A stretch of 64,000 nt of DNA. It comes from a virus. Below, in pieces: positions 6,765 through 15,767 of the stretch; position 1 is the first letter of the stretch, and the number at the start of each line of letters is the position of its first letter. The stretch covers positions 17,535 to 81,534 of the IMG/VR virus record IMGVR_UViG_3300020472_000016; one strand, written 5' to 3'. Both the position numbers and the translations under genes were made by a program. Below the pieces are notes generated by a model. That model saw only the letters and a list, made by a program, of their open reading frames with translations. It searched no databases and was not told the DNA's origin.

Positions 6765-6950
6765 ATGTCAAATCGCTATACCTTCCAGATAGATTCTGAT
6801 GAACATGGGGAGCTCTTTATTACATTTCCTGATGATCTGATGGATGATCTAGGTTGGAAGTTCGGTGATGTGTTAGAATATGAGGATGAGACCGACGGTA
6901 GTCTAATTATTAAGAAGTCGGAAGACTCTCCTAAGTTAGAAGACCTTTAA
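6765..6950 (+). CDS. AbrB/MazE/SpoVT-like small DNA-binding protein
   Basis: GELFITFPDDLMDDLGWKFGDVLEY...GSLIIKK swapped-hairpin signature. Confidence 0.7.
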   Translation: MSNRYTFQIDSDEHGELFITFPDDLMDDLGWKFGDVLEYEDETDGSLIIKKSEDSPKLEDL

Positions 6951-6973
6951 AAAAATACCCCCGAAAAACCACC

Positions 6974-7684
6974 GTGGACTTGATATGTATTCAGTGTGCT
7001 GCTATGGCAGCAAGATTCGATATGCAAGGGGAAAATGTCATAGAGACTTGCCCAGGTCGCCAACCCACCAACAACGAGAAATTGTATAGATGGTCGAGTT
7101 GGCAACCTAAAACACCTTTCGCTCCTACGTGGGATTGTCCCATGTATATGGATACGGTAGATAGTGCGTTGTGTAATACTATCCTTACGGGCTTAACGAA
7201 AATAGAAGAAAAGATTGGTCATTGGACTACCTATAACTTTTTCTTAACTGATGATCCTATAGCACTTCAGTTAAAAGAACGTATAAAGGAGTCCCTATAT
7301 GAGTTTGGAGACGAATTAAAAATAACCTTTTCCGACCAACTGTGGATCAGAGGTTGGATGCATTGTACGAAGATAGGAGAGAAACTACCTATACATTCAC
7401 ATTCGATGCATGAGAATACATTCTTATCTGGTAACCTCCTGCTTCATAATAGTAATATACAGACAGAATACATAATCCCACACTATAGTACGTACTGTGG
7501 GAACTTTAAACCTGAGGCAAAATGTGGTAAGATGTTATGGTTCCCTTCATGGGTAGAACACTATGTACCTGAATGCAATGAGAATAGATATTCTATAGCA
7601 TGGGATATTTACACCAATGAAGCAATGGAGTACATGGCAGAGAACCATCCTGAAGACTCAATGAGTTTAAGTTGTTTATTATGA
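6974..7684 (+). CDS. 2OG-Fe(II) oxygenase superfamily protein (start may be ATG 7004 or 7022)
   Basis: IRGWMH...PIHSHS...FLSGN, WFPSWVEHYVP, RYSIAWD. Confidence 0.8.
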   Translation: MDLICIQCAAMAARFDMQGENVIETCPGRQPTNNEKLYRWSSWQPKTPFAPTWDCPMYMDTVDSALCNTILTGLTKIEEKIGHWTTYNFFLTDDPIALQLKERIKESLYEFGDELKITFSDQLWIRGWMHCTKIGEKLPIHSHSMHENTFLSGNLLLHNSNIQTEYIIPHYSTYCGNFKPEAKCGKMLWFPSWVEHYVPECNENRYSIAWDIYTNEAMEYMAENHPEDSMSLSCLL

Positions 7685-7857
7685 ATGAGCAAATGAAAAA
7701 AGAGATTCCCGATTGGGAGAAAGAATATCTCACCATGAATAAGAACCTCACTGAACGGCAGAAAGAGATTCTTAAAGGTGCTGAGATCAAATCTCATGAG
7801 GGCATGCTATTTGGTGGCATGTATTCTGATTGGAAGAGGCAAAAAGGTTATGAGTGA
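7681..7857 (+). CDS. conserved hypothetical cyanophage protein
   Basis: ATG 7681 overlaps upstream stop; IPDWEKEY...IKSHEGMLFGGMYSDWK. Confidence 0.7.
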   Translation: MNEQMKKEIPDWEKEYLTMNKNLTERQKEILKGAEIKSHEGMLFGGMYSDWKRQKGYE

Positions 7858-8098
7858 AAAATCATTTGAGGATATCTATGCTGAACACATGGAGATGATC
7901 AGCAAGGCAATAGAGAACCTAGCAGAGCGTCAGAAGGGTATAGAAGAAGCGTTTGGGCATATACCTAAACCTGGTGCTGATATGATTAAGTACAAACCAC
8001 CTGAGTATGAGGATTATCTTAATCTCACGCAAATCTTTGACGATCTGTATACTAGACTAAATATGTTGGAGGGTCGTATTAAAGAATTAGAGAAGTAA
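7850..8098 (+). CDS. hypothetical coiled-coil protein (track start 7778; ATG 7850 preferred)
   Basis: MSEKSFEDIY...YKPPEYEDYLNL...; TAATG coupling to the 8098 ORF. Confidence 0.7.
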   Translation: MSEKSFEDIYAEHMEMISKAIENLAERQKGIEEAFGHIPKPGADMIKYKPPEYEDYLNLTQIFDDLYTRLNMLEGRIKELEK

Positions 8099-11000
8099 TG
8101 GCTTCTTATATCATTGAGACAGGTCGTGGATATCCAAATGCCGTTAGTCAGCAGACGTATACGAATACGTATGATCGTCCTAGTAATGGCAACTATCGTA
8201 GTCACGATTACCACTCAGGTCCTGGAACAAATTATAATATAACATTTAATGACTTTGGTCCTGGTACCATGGTCATGGGAAAGGATATTGTCTATTATAT
8301 TGGTGATGAAGAGGAAACTTGTGTAGGAGCAAACTGTGATGGGTATAGGAGGGGCATATACAGGTGGTACAGAGGCAAATATACAGACCATAAGTATACA
8401 GATACAAAGTACTTTGATTATGATTATGACTTCCCAGGTGAATCTAACAGTGGAAGAGAGAAAGTAGGTAGAGGATATAATAGAGAACCTCGTGATGGAC
8501 GTGCTGTCTTTTGGTTATCTAAAACAGATATAGCAGGAAAGACTACACCATTGGTGTCTTACTACAATAACGACATCAATGATACGTTGTTGAGTACTTC
8601 ACCTACTACCGTTACTCCAACCTTTGATGCATCTGGTAACTTAGTTGTTGGTGGTACAGGGACTGGAACTATAGAATTTAGATTCAGTTGGAATGATAAT
8701 CCTAATACTGCTGGAGTTGCACTTGGAACTTATGCGATTGCTTCTCTTGGAATATCCTTCACACAGACATCAGGTGTACAAACTGGATCATTACCAAGTC
8801 AGCAAGCTACTGTAACAGCAGGTCAGACATATAACTGCACCATTACTAATGGTAATGCTGCTGGATTCGATGTAATAAATGGTAATCAGACTCTATGCTT
8901 TAAGGATGGTCATGGTAACGATTGTAATGCAACGCTATCCATTGGTTATCCAGGGGATTATGAACGAGTAAGCACCATAGGACACATATGGACATCATTG
9001 GCAAATGCACAAGAATATGCAGTAGCTGGAGAGACACCCGTCCCTTTATATGAATACCTGTGGAATACAAATACTACACGTCGAGATCATCTCTACACGA
9101 TATCTCCACAAGAGGAAGTGAACCTGCAGACGGGAATTGCTGGAGTCCCAGACTGTAAAGATCCACGAGATCAGAATTATACTTACATTGGGATAATAGG
9201 GTATGTCTTTTCATTAGACAGATCTACAGCAGCAAAGAAACTCATGAGAGATATTGCTGCTATTGGTCCCACAGGAGAATGTAATGTCAATAGGTCGGAC
9301 TGGTATCAGTGGAATAATGAATGGACACTATTAAAGTATCTTCGTGAACAGAATGGAGTACCTGCGATACAAGGTTGGGGTAACCCTGCTAATGTAGCAG
9401 GTGTTAATACTACGGATGCATTGTTCGAATGGTTCTATGGTAGGAATGGTGCAGTCAAGGCAGCACTTCCTAGATACCTATCTTTTGAGACTTCATATGA
9501 CTCACAGTTCGTTTACTATCTGTATGATACGTCATACCCATGGAACGGACCAATTTTTGGTATCAATTTTTCGTTAAGTGATGCAGCATGTTGTCCTAAC
9601 TCAACTGATGCTGAAGGATGTCCGTCTTGTGTACCTGTACCTATAGAGTATAGTAGGTTCTATGAGATCCGAGAGGACTCATGGGAGACTATGAAAACCA
9701 AATTAGTACTGTCTGATATGGCATCAGAGAATATTAATGAGTCTTATAACGTTTTTGATACAGAATCCCGTAGGATTCTCTTCAGATATACTACTACATC
9801 AGGTTCCTTTTACATCGGTGAAAAGATCAACGGGTGGGATATTACTCAATTGCGCTATTTTGGTGATGAACTCAAGGTAGGATACATGGAATTGAGTGGT
9901 GAAGGCAATGCTTTTAGTTATAATCAGGCATTTACCTCTACAGATAATGGTGCTATCGTAGTTCTTGCGGGCTTTGGTATACCAGATAAGGCGGGCTTTG
10001 CTGGTGTATACGAATTTCCGAAGAAAATTCAGTACTATCAGGTAGAAATTGACCCAGAACAACTAATTGCTACCCGTACTTTGGACAAAGCAGAGATAGT
10101 TGCGAACATAAACAACAAAGGACAGGTCGCATCTATCGATATTATCAATGGTGGCTTCGGATATATCAAGCCTAAGATCGATATTGAGCAGCCTGCAGTG
10201 CTAACTGAACTAGGTGCTAACGATTTATCACGTAAAACACTACATGGTATGGGTGGTTGGAGTGGTCAAACACTAGAAGCACCTGAAGATCCCGTGTATA
10301 ACCCACGTGGTGACAAGAATAACTTCATGATGAAGGACATTAAGGAGAAGCAATCCGCTATAGCAAACGAAAAGAACGAAGAAACGTATCAAGAAAGAGA
10401 AAGATTGATGCCTTATTCGGAGAATAGTGATGTTCAGCTCTCAGGTACTGACCAAACAATAAGTGTAGAGAAGAAAAAACTACGTCGTCAGACTGGTGAG
10501 GGTAAAGGAAAGACAGAATTTAGGAAAGCAAAGTTACAAATCACCAAACTAGACGACAATGGAACCATAGAAGAGATACTAATTACCGACAGAGGGTCAG
10601 GATATGACTTCGATCCCGACAATAAACCTCAAATTTATATCGTTGACGTGGAAACAGAGACCTATAAGATCAGAGGTCCTAACACACAACCGCAAGTAGA
10701 AGATTATAAGACAGCAATTAGGCACCCAAAAGGTCTTAAGCAGGAACTTAAGAAGAGTACTACTGCTAATGATGAGGAAATGGACGTTATGGACATCGGT
10801 GTTATCGGTGGACTTAACACTTTAATGAACGGATTCACTGCTCAATACCCTGTTGGGTACTTAAGAATGAACGATATAGACAGAGAAGAGGAAACTGCTC
10901 TGTGTAATAACCTCCCTGCAGGGTGTATTAACATAGAATTTCCCAAAGTTATTGAGGATGCACTGTTTACAGTCGAAGATGTGCAAGGAATGATTGAGGG

Positions 11001-12225
11001 AAGTGATGAATTTGCTGAGTTTATGGACAATCAATACCCTACATTGCTAGCTGCATCTAGAGATGGGGACGGAACAGCAGATCAAGTTGGTGGTTTGTAT
11101 GGATTTAATGGTGGACAAAAGTGTGTTAAGATAGGACAACCTAAATTTTACTCTGCAACTAGGTTCTACGACATACCTTGTCCGTATATTAAGACCAATG
11201 ATGATGGTGATAACCGAGCATTTGGGTATATGGTACACAAGTACTGTGCTTCTAAGTCGGATAATGCCAGTTTTAGAGTATCAATGGTCACTGAGGGACA
11301 TACAACTGGTGCTCAGGGGCAAGAATTTATGAATTTCCTTAGGAATTTGCCCGAACCTAAACTTACAGAGACCAGAAAGACCCCTCCAGGCGGTTCTAGT
11401 GACCAAAAATGTTGGCCATGCAAACGTGGTAGCATAGAAGGACGTTGTTATAGGGACTCAAACAACCAAGCGGACATAATTTTCGTTCCTGTGGGTAGTG
11501 ATGAGAACACTTATGACTGGAATAGGCAAGGATTTTCGGAATATGAACAGTTTAAAGTTTGGTTAGGAGATAATCTTACAAATCATTCACCAGGAACTTC
11601 ATATACATGGATTGCTCATGAGGAAGATCCTGAAACTGGGCAAGAACTTGATGTACGACAATGGAGTTATACAGATATAACTGTAGCAATGCCTGCTGCA
11701 GGTACAATGACCCCTCCTAACGAGTGTTGGGACACTTATCTCAGAACCACTCAGAACACCATAGGACCGTTAGATGCATTCTGTGGGTACAATCCATCCG
11801 AACCTCCTCCAGGCACCGATAAGACCGCCACAGGAGGGTACTGGGACGTTGGATACATTGCCACTCCTCCTTGTGCAGGACATTTAGCACTCGATTTTGT
11901 ATCTGACGCAGCAATTGCTGTAAATCCTAGACTTTGTAGTGAATTTGAGGTTATTCTAGGACCTGTTAATGGTACTATGGACGTTAAAAATTATAATACT
12001 GGTGCAACTATAGTATTTGGTGATACAGTACGTAATGTAGGTAACCCTTACTTCACTGAATGTGATCTAGTCTTCGGTCAAATGACTTCTATTGTCAATC
12101 CTCCTAAATTACTTAAAGGGAAAGAGCGAATTGCGAAGGTATCATGGGATCCTTCTGATCCAGATCGACCCGAATACGATCCTAACTTTAAAATACCTGA
12201 AACTAACTTGGAGCATGCTGAATAA
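8098..12225 (+). CDS. large virion structural protein (baseplate/hub region)
   Basis: 1375 aa; three PLYxY..DHxYT-type repeats with an inserted beta module; IDIINGGFGY / ILITDRGSGY repeats shared with the other baseplate proteins; immediately upstream of PAAR and gp25. Confidence 0.7.
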   Translation: MASYIIETGRGYPNAVSQQTYTNTYDRPSNGNYRSHDYHSGPGTNYNITFNDFGPGTMVMGKDIVYYIGDEEETCVGANCDGYRRGIYRWYRGKYTDHKYTDTKYFDYDYDFPGESNSGREKVGRGYNREPRDGRAVFWLSKTDIAGKTTPLVSYYNNDINDTLLSTSPTTVTPTFDASGNLVVGGTGTGTIEFRFSWNDNPNTAGVALGTYAIASLGISFTQTSGVQTGSLPSQQATVTAGQTYNCTITNGNAAGFDVINGNQTLCFKDGHGNDCNATLSIGYPGDYERVSTIGHIWTSLANAQEYAVAGETPVPLYEYLWNTNTTRRDHLYTISPQEEVNLQTGIAGVPDCKDPRDQNYTYIGIIGYVFSLDRSTAAKKLMRDIAAIGPTGECNVNRSDWYQWNNEWTLLKYLREQNGVPAIQGWGNPANVAGVNTTDALFEWFYGRNGAVKAALPRYLSFETSYDSQFVYYLYDTSYPWNGPIFGINFSLSDAACCPNSTDAEGCPSCVPVPIEYSRFYEIREDSWETMKTKLVLSDMASENINESYNVFDTESRRILFRYTTTSGSFYIGEKINGWDITQLRYFGDELKVGYMELSGEGNAFSYNQAFTSTDNGAIVVLAGFGIPDKAGFAGVYEFPKKIQYYQVEIDPEQLIATRTLDKAEIVANINNKGQVASIDIINGGFGYIKPKIDIEQPAVLTELGANDLSRKTLHGMGGWSGQTLEAPEDPVYNPRGDKNNFMMKDIKEKQSAIANEKNEETYQERERLMPYSENSDVQLSGTDQTISVEKKKLRRQTGEGKGKTEFRKAKLQITKLDDNGTIEEILITDRGSGYDFDPDNKPQIYIVDVETETYKIRGPNTQPQVEDYKTAIRHPKGLKQELKKSTTANDEEMDVMDIGVIGGLNTLMNGFTAQYPVGYLRMNDIDREEETALCNNLPAGCINIEFPKVIEDALFTVEDVQGMIEGSDEFAEFMDNQYPTLLAASRDGDGTADQVGGLYGFNGGQKCVKIGQPKFYSATRFYDIPCPYIKTNDDGDNRAFGYMVHKYCASKSDNASFRVSMVTEGHTTGAQGQEFMNFLRNLPEPKLTETRKTPPGGSSDQKCWPCKRGSIEGRCYRDSNNQADIIFVPVGSDENTYDWNRQGFSEYEQFKVWLGDNLTNHSPGTSYTWIAHEEDPETGQELDVRQWSYTDITVAMPAAGTMTPPNECWDTYLRTTQNTIGPLDAFCGYNPSEPPPGTDKTATGGYWDVGYIATPPCAGHLALDFVSDAAIAVNPRLCSEFEVILGPVNGTMDVKNYNTGATIVFGDTVRNVGNPYFTECDLVFGQMTSIVNPPKLLKGKERIAKVSWDPSDPDRPEYDPNFKIPETNLEHAE

Positions 12226-12755
12226 TGGCTTATGGAATGTTACTACCAGTCGCACCTTACACGGGCTTGCCGTGTTCAGGGCATGGTATATGCATCCCAT
12301 CTACTGTACATAGTGTACAGGCATGTGGAACTCCACCAATTCCTTACACGATTAGGATAAAGGAGTTCACTTGCTGGTGGCCACCTTTCCCAATGATACT
12401 CACTGGGACATTAAGTCCACTCAAAGCAACGGTACTAACAAACTTTCTACCGACTTTGACCTTTGGTGATATGTTTATTAACCATCCATCACCGTGTACT
12501 AACATAGTCATATACATGTGTCCTTGTGGAAAGGCAATGTGCCCTATCCCAACACCCATTCCCTGCTCAGTATTGACGATTGAGGATATGGGTATAGGTC
12601 ATATGAGGTTCTTATGGGCCACTACCTTCGCTACATACTGTACCAAGCTACCAATAGGTAGAATTTTGGATCCATTGGGAATCGGATTCCCAGGATTTAG
12701 TTATCCTTGTTCATCCGTAGTTGCGTATGGAAGTCCAAATGTGTTATCATCTTAA
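12225..12755 (+). CDS. PAAR-type spike tip protein (T4 gp5.4-like), Cys/Pro-rich
   Basis: CSGHG...GD....HPSPC...GH...PIGRILDPL...CSSVVAYGSPNV; position before gp25. Confidence 0.75.
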   Translation: MAYGMLLPVAPYTGLPCSGHGICIPSTVHSVQACGTPPIPYTIRIKEFTCWWPPFPMILTGTLSPLKATVLTNFLPTLTFGDMFINHPSPCTNIVIYMCPCGKAMCPIPTPIPCSVLTIEDMGIGHMRFLWATTFATYCTKLPIGRILDPLGIGFPGFSYPCSSVVAYGSPNVLSS

Positions 12756-12770
12756 AAGTTAGAGATTATT

Positions 12771-12920
12771 ATGGCAAAAGCAACAGCAGGTGCATGGGGA
12801 ACTGGTAGTTATGTACCATCCACACCGAAAATGACTAGACAAGGTACTAGTAAGAACACAAAGTATGCTGCTACTTCTAGAAATGGTGCTAGAAAGAAGT
12901 ACAGAGGGCAGGGTAGATAA
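12771..12920 (+). CDS. small basic protein (49 aa, KKYRGQG family)
   Basis: MAKATAGAWG...PKMTRQG...TSRNGARKKYRGQGR*; stop overlaps the SET start (TAATG). Confidence 0.75.
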   Translation: MAKATAGAWGTGSYVPSTPKMTRQGTSKNTKYAATSRNGARKKYRGQGR

Positions 12921-13213
12921 TGTACAAGGCACTGCCTAATTGTTTACATGTGAAAGATAGCTCTGTCGCAGGACAGGGCTTATTTGCTACACAAGATATA
13001 CCAGATGATGTGTATCTTGGCATATCACATGTTGTAGTAGATGAAGAGATTATGAGGACACCTTTGGGTGGTTTTGTGAATCACAGTGAAGAACCCAATT
13101 GTATCAAGGTTTATGAGGAAGAAGATTGGGGAAAGATATACCATATGAGAACTATTAGAGCAATTAAGAAGGGTGAAGAACTGTTCTTAAAGTATACTTT
13201 CTACAAAGTGTGA
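12920..13213 (+). CDS. minimal SET-domain protein-lysine methyltransferase
   Basis: SSVAGQGLFA (motif I), GFVNHSEEPNC (motif III), IKKGEELFLKY (motif IV). Confidence 0.9.
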   Translation: MYKALPNCLHVKDSSVAGQGLFATQDIPDDVYLGISHVVVDEEIMRTPLGGFVNHSEEPNCIKVYEEEDWGKIYHMRTIRAIKKGEELFLKYTFYKV

Positions 13214-13219
13214 TAAATA
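13213..13219 (+). promoter_or_regulatory. T4-type late promoter
   Basis: ATAAATA about 30 nt upstream of the gp25 start. Confidence 0.65.
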
Positions 13220-13248
13220 AAAGATAAAGTGAGTAATAACCACGAATA

Positions 13249-13671
13249 ATGCCTGCCTATAGGTTTAGATCAGAGAAATTTTTCTCAAGAGCGTTTAAGG
13301 ATTTCGCTATTTCATTTAAAGCGAACCCAAACACTAAGGATTTTAGTTCTGTCAGTAATGACAATGCCATAAAACAGTCCGTTCGAAACCTAGTGCTTAC
13401 AAATTTCGGTGAGAGACCTTTCCAAAATGAAATTGGATCTAGGGTTACTCAAATGTTATTCGAACCGTTTGATGTGTTCCTACAAGAGGATCTTCGGGAT
13501 GAAATTAGAAATACTATAGAAAGACTGGAACCTCGTGTCGAGACTGTTTCAGTAGTAGTGAGTTCTCCAGAGAGCTCATCAATTACTAATGACGTTGACG
13601 TTTCTGTTGAGTATAAAATAGTAGGTCAATCACAAGTCCAGAATATCGAGTTCCTATTAGAAAGAACCTAA
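13249..13671 (+). CDS. gp25: baseplate wedge subunit gp25
   Basis: AIKQSVRNLVLTNFGERPF...LFEP...IERLEPRV. Confidence 0.92.
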   Translation: MPAYRFRSEKFFSRAFKDFAISFKANPNTKDFSSVSNDNAIKQSVRNLVLTNFGERPFQNEIGSRVTQMLFEPFDVFLQEDLRDEIRNTIERLEPRVETVSVVVSSPESSSITNDVDVSVEYKIVGQSQVQNIEFLLERT

Positions 13672-13672
13672 A

Positions 13673-15763
13673 ATGCCTGCGATTCCATCAGAATTAACCT
13701 CGCTAGATTTCTTTGAGATCAAGGAATCGATCAAATCTTACTTGCGTACACGTACTGAGTTTACAGATTATGATTTTGAGGGATCTTCTGCGTCATATCT
13801 GATCGATACTTTAGCATATAATACTTACTACACCGCATTTAACGCTAACATGGCGATGAATGAGGCGTTTTTAGAATCTGCAACCGTAAGAGATAACATT
13901 GTTCGGATTGCAAAGCAATTAAATTATACACCTAGGTCAATAAAAGCGGCAAGAGGGTGTATACAAATGGTAATACAGTGTGCAACACTGCCTGGAGGAC
14001 AAACTTACCCTGATACTGTAACGATTAAGAAGGGTGATGTCTTCATTTCTAGAAATAATACGGACACATTTCCATTTTGCTTGTTAAAAGATACTCAAGC
14101 ATCGGTTGATCAGAATACTGGTCTTGCAACTTTCTCTAAAATGATTGTTTATCAGGGAAACTTGCTTTCATATCACTATACTGTTGATGATACTCAGAAA
14201 CAGAACTTCGTTATACCCGCAGAAAACGTAGATACTGAGATTTTGACCGTTTCTGTTAAACCAACAGAGCAATCAGTAGAAGTTGACGAGTATTCTTTAT
14301 CTACAAACGTTGTAGAATTGACATCCACCTCTAGAAACTACTTTTTAGAGGAAACTGAAGACCTTAGATACAAGGTAGTTTTTGGAGATGGTGTTTTAGG
14401 ACGTAAATTAATCGATAATGAGTTCATCATACTCAAGTATGTTGTAACATCTGGTGAAGCTGCTAACGGATGCACTAAATTCTCCTTTATTGGGCAAGCA
14501 ATTGACTCTGCAGACCGTCCCATATCCCCTGCCAGCATGTCTCTAGGGACTATAGACAGTTCGGAAGATGGCACTGACAGAGAAAGTGCATTATCTGTTA
14601 AATTCCGTGCTCCTAGGTCATTCTCAACGCAGAACAGAGCAGTCACAGAAGACGATTATGCTTATATCGTCTCTGACTTATATCCTCAAGCAGCTGCTGT
14701 AACTGCTTATGGTGGTGAGAAACTAAATCCCCCTATTTACGGTAAAGTTTACATAGCAGTTCGTTCTAAGTCAGGTGTAAACCTAAACACTACGACTAAG
14801 ACTCGTATTAAGAACCAACTACTAAAGTATTCGATGGCATCAATTGAGCCAGTCATCGTTGACCCACGTATCTTCTATATTGTACCTAAAGTTTATCCGT
14901 TCTTTAATGGTAACGAGACTTCTAGGTCAGCAAATGAGTTGGCAACGGAAATCTTAAAATCAATTGACAAATTTAACACACAAAATAGAGACGCTAGATT
15001 TGGTGATCGTGTAGAAGCATCTAAGTTTAATTCCATGGTTGATGCTTCTGATGATGCCATTAGTGGTAGTACCACACAGTTTACTATGGGTCAAAACCTT
15101 GATCAATTCACTTTCGGTAATATCTTTACCCAATGTCTTGATTTTGGTAATCCTATTACTAACCCAAGTGATACTGGTGGTAACACCGCAGGAGATTCTA
15201 CTTGCCCACCTAAGTTCTCTGCCATGAAGTCTGGTAAGTTTTATGCTACTGGATATACAGAGAATCTTGCTGATCTAGTGGCTTCTGGTGAGACTGCATA
15301 TGAAACTGCAACACCAGCAGACGAAGTAATCTACGCATCTGGTACAAGGACAACTGAGGTTCTAGTTCCTGTAAATATCAGAGACGATGGTAAAGGCAAC
15401 TTATTGTTAGTTGCTACTCGTAATGAGAAAGAGGTTGTGCTGAACGCAAGCATTGGTACTATTGACTACGGTCAGGGTATTGTTTGTGTAGGACCTCTGA
15501 ATGTAGCAGATACTGGTGATGGTACGACAAGAATTCCTGTAGTGGTTCATCCTGCTACTGATTCTATCATTATTCCTCCTGGAGTTGATCCTACGGTCTT
15601 TAACCCAGAAGTTTATCCTATTGACTTTGTTACTAACCCAACTACTGTCAGTAACTTTGACCCTAATAACTTTAGCGGTTGGAGCTATGGTGGAACCCCA
15701 ATAAATATTATCGAATATCCAGTGGATGCATTTACGTATCCCGAAATCACGACGTGTTTCTAG
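13673..15763 (+). CDS. gp6: baseplate wedge subunit gp6
   Basis: LDFFEIK...FTDYDFEGS..LIDTLAYNTYY..NEAFLESA; FGDGVLG; QNRAVTEDDY. Confidence 0.93.
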   Translation: MPAIPSELTSLDFFEIKESIKSYLRTRTEFTDYDFEGSSASYLIDTLAYNTYYTAFNANMAMNEAFLESATVRDNIVRIAKQLNYTPRSIKAARGCIQMVIQCATLPGGQTYPDTVTIKKGDVFISRNNTDTFPFCLLKDTQASVDQNTGLATFSKMIVYQGNLLSYHYTVDDTQKQNFVIPAENVDTEILTVSVKPTEQSVEVDEYSLSTNVVELTSTSRNYFLEETEDLRYKVVFGDGVLGRKLIDNEFIILKYVVTSGEAANGCTKFSFIGQAIDSADRPISPASMSLGTIDSSEDGTDRESALSVKFRAPRSFSTQNRAVTEDDYAYIVSDLYPQAAAVTAYGGEKLNPPIYGKVYIAVRSKSGVNLNTTTKTRIKNQLLKYSMASIEPVIVDPRIFYIVPKVYPFFNGNETSRSANELATEILKSIDKFNTQNRDARFGDRVEASKFNSMVDASDDAISGSTTQFTMGQNLDQFTFGNIFTQCLDFGNPITNPSDTGGNTAGDSTCPPKFSAMKSGKFYATGYTENLADLVASGETAYETATPADEVIYASGTRTTEVLVPVNIRDDGKGNLLLVATRNEKEVVLNASIGTIDYGQGIVCVGPLNVADTGDGTTRIPVVVHPATDSIIIPPGVDPTVFNPEVYPIDFVTNPTTVSNFDPNNFSGWSYGGTPINIIEYPVDAFTYPEITTCF
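15701..15707 (+). promoter_or_regulatory. T4-type late promoter
   Basis: ATAAATA 60 nt upstream of the giant ORF. Confidence 0.55.
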
Positions 15764-15767
15764 ATAG

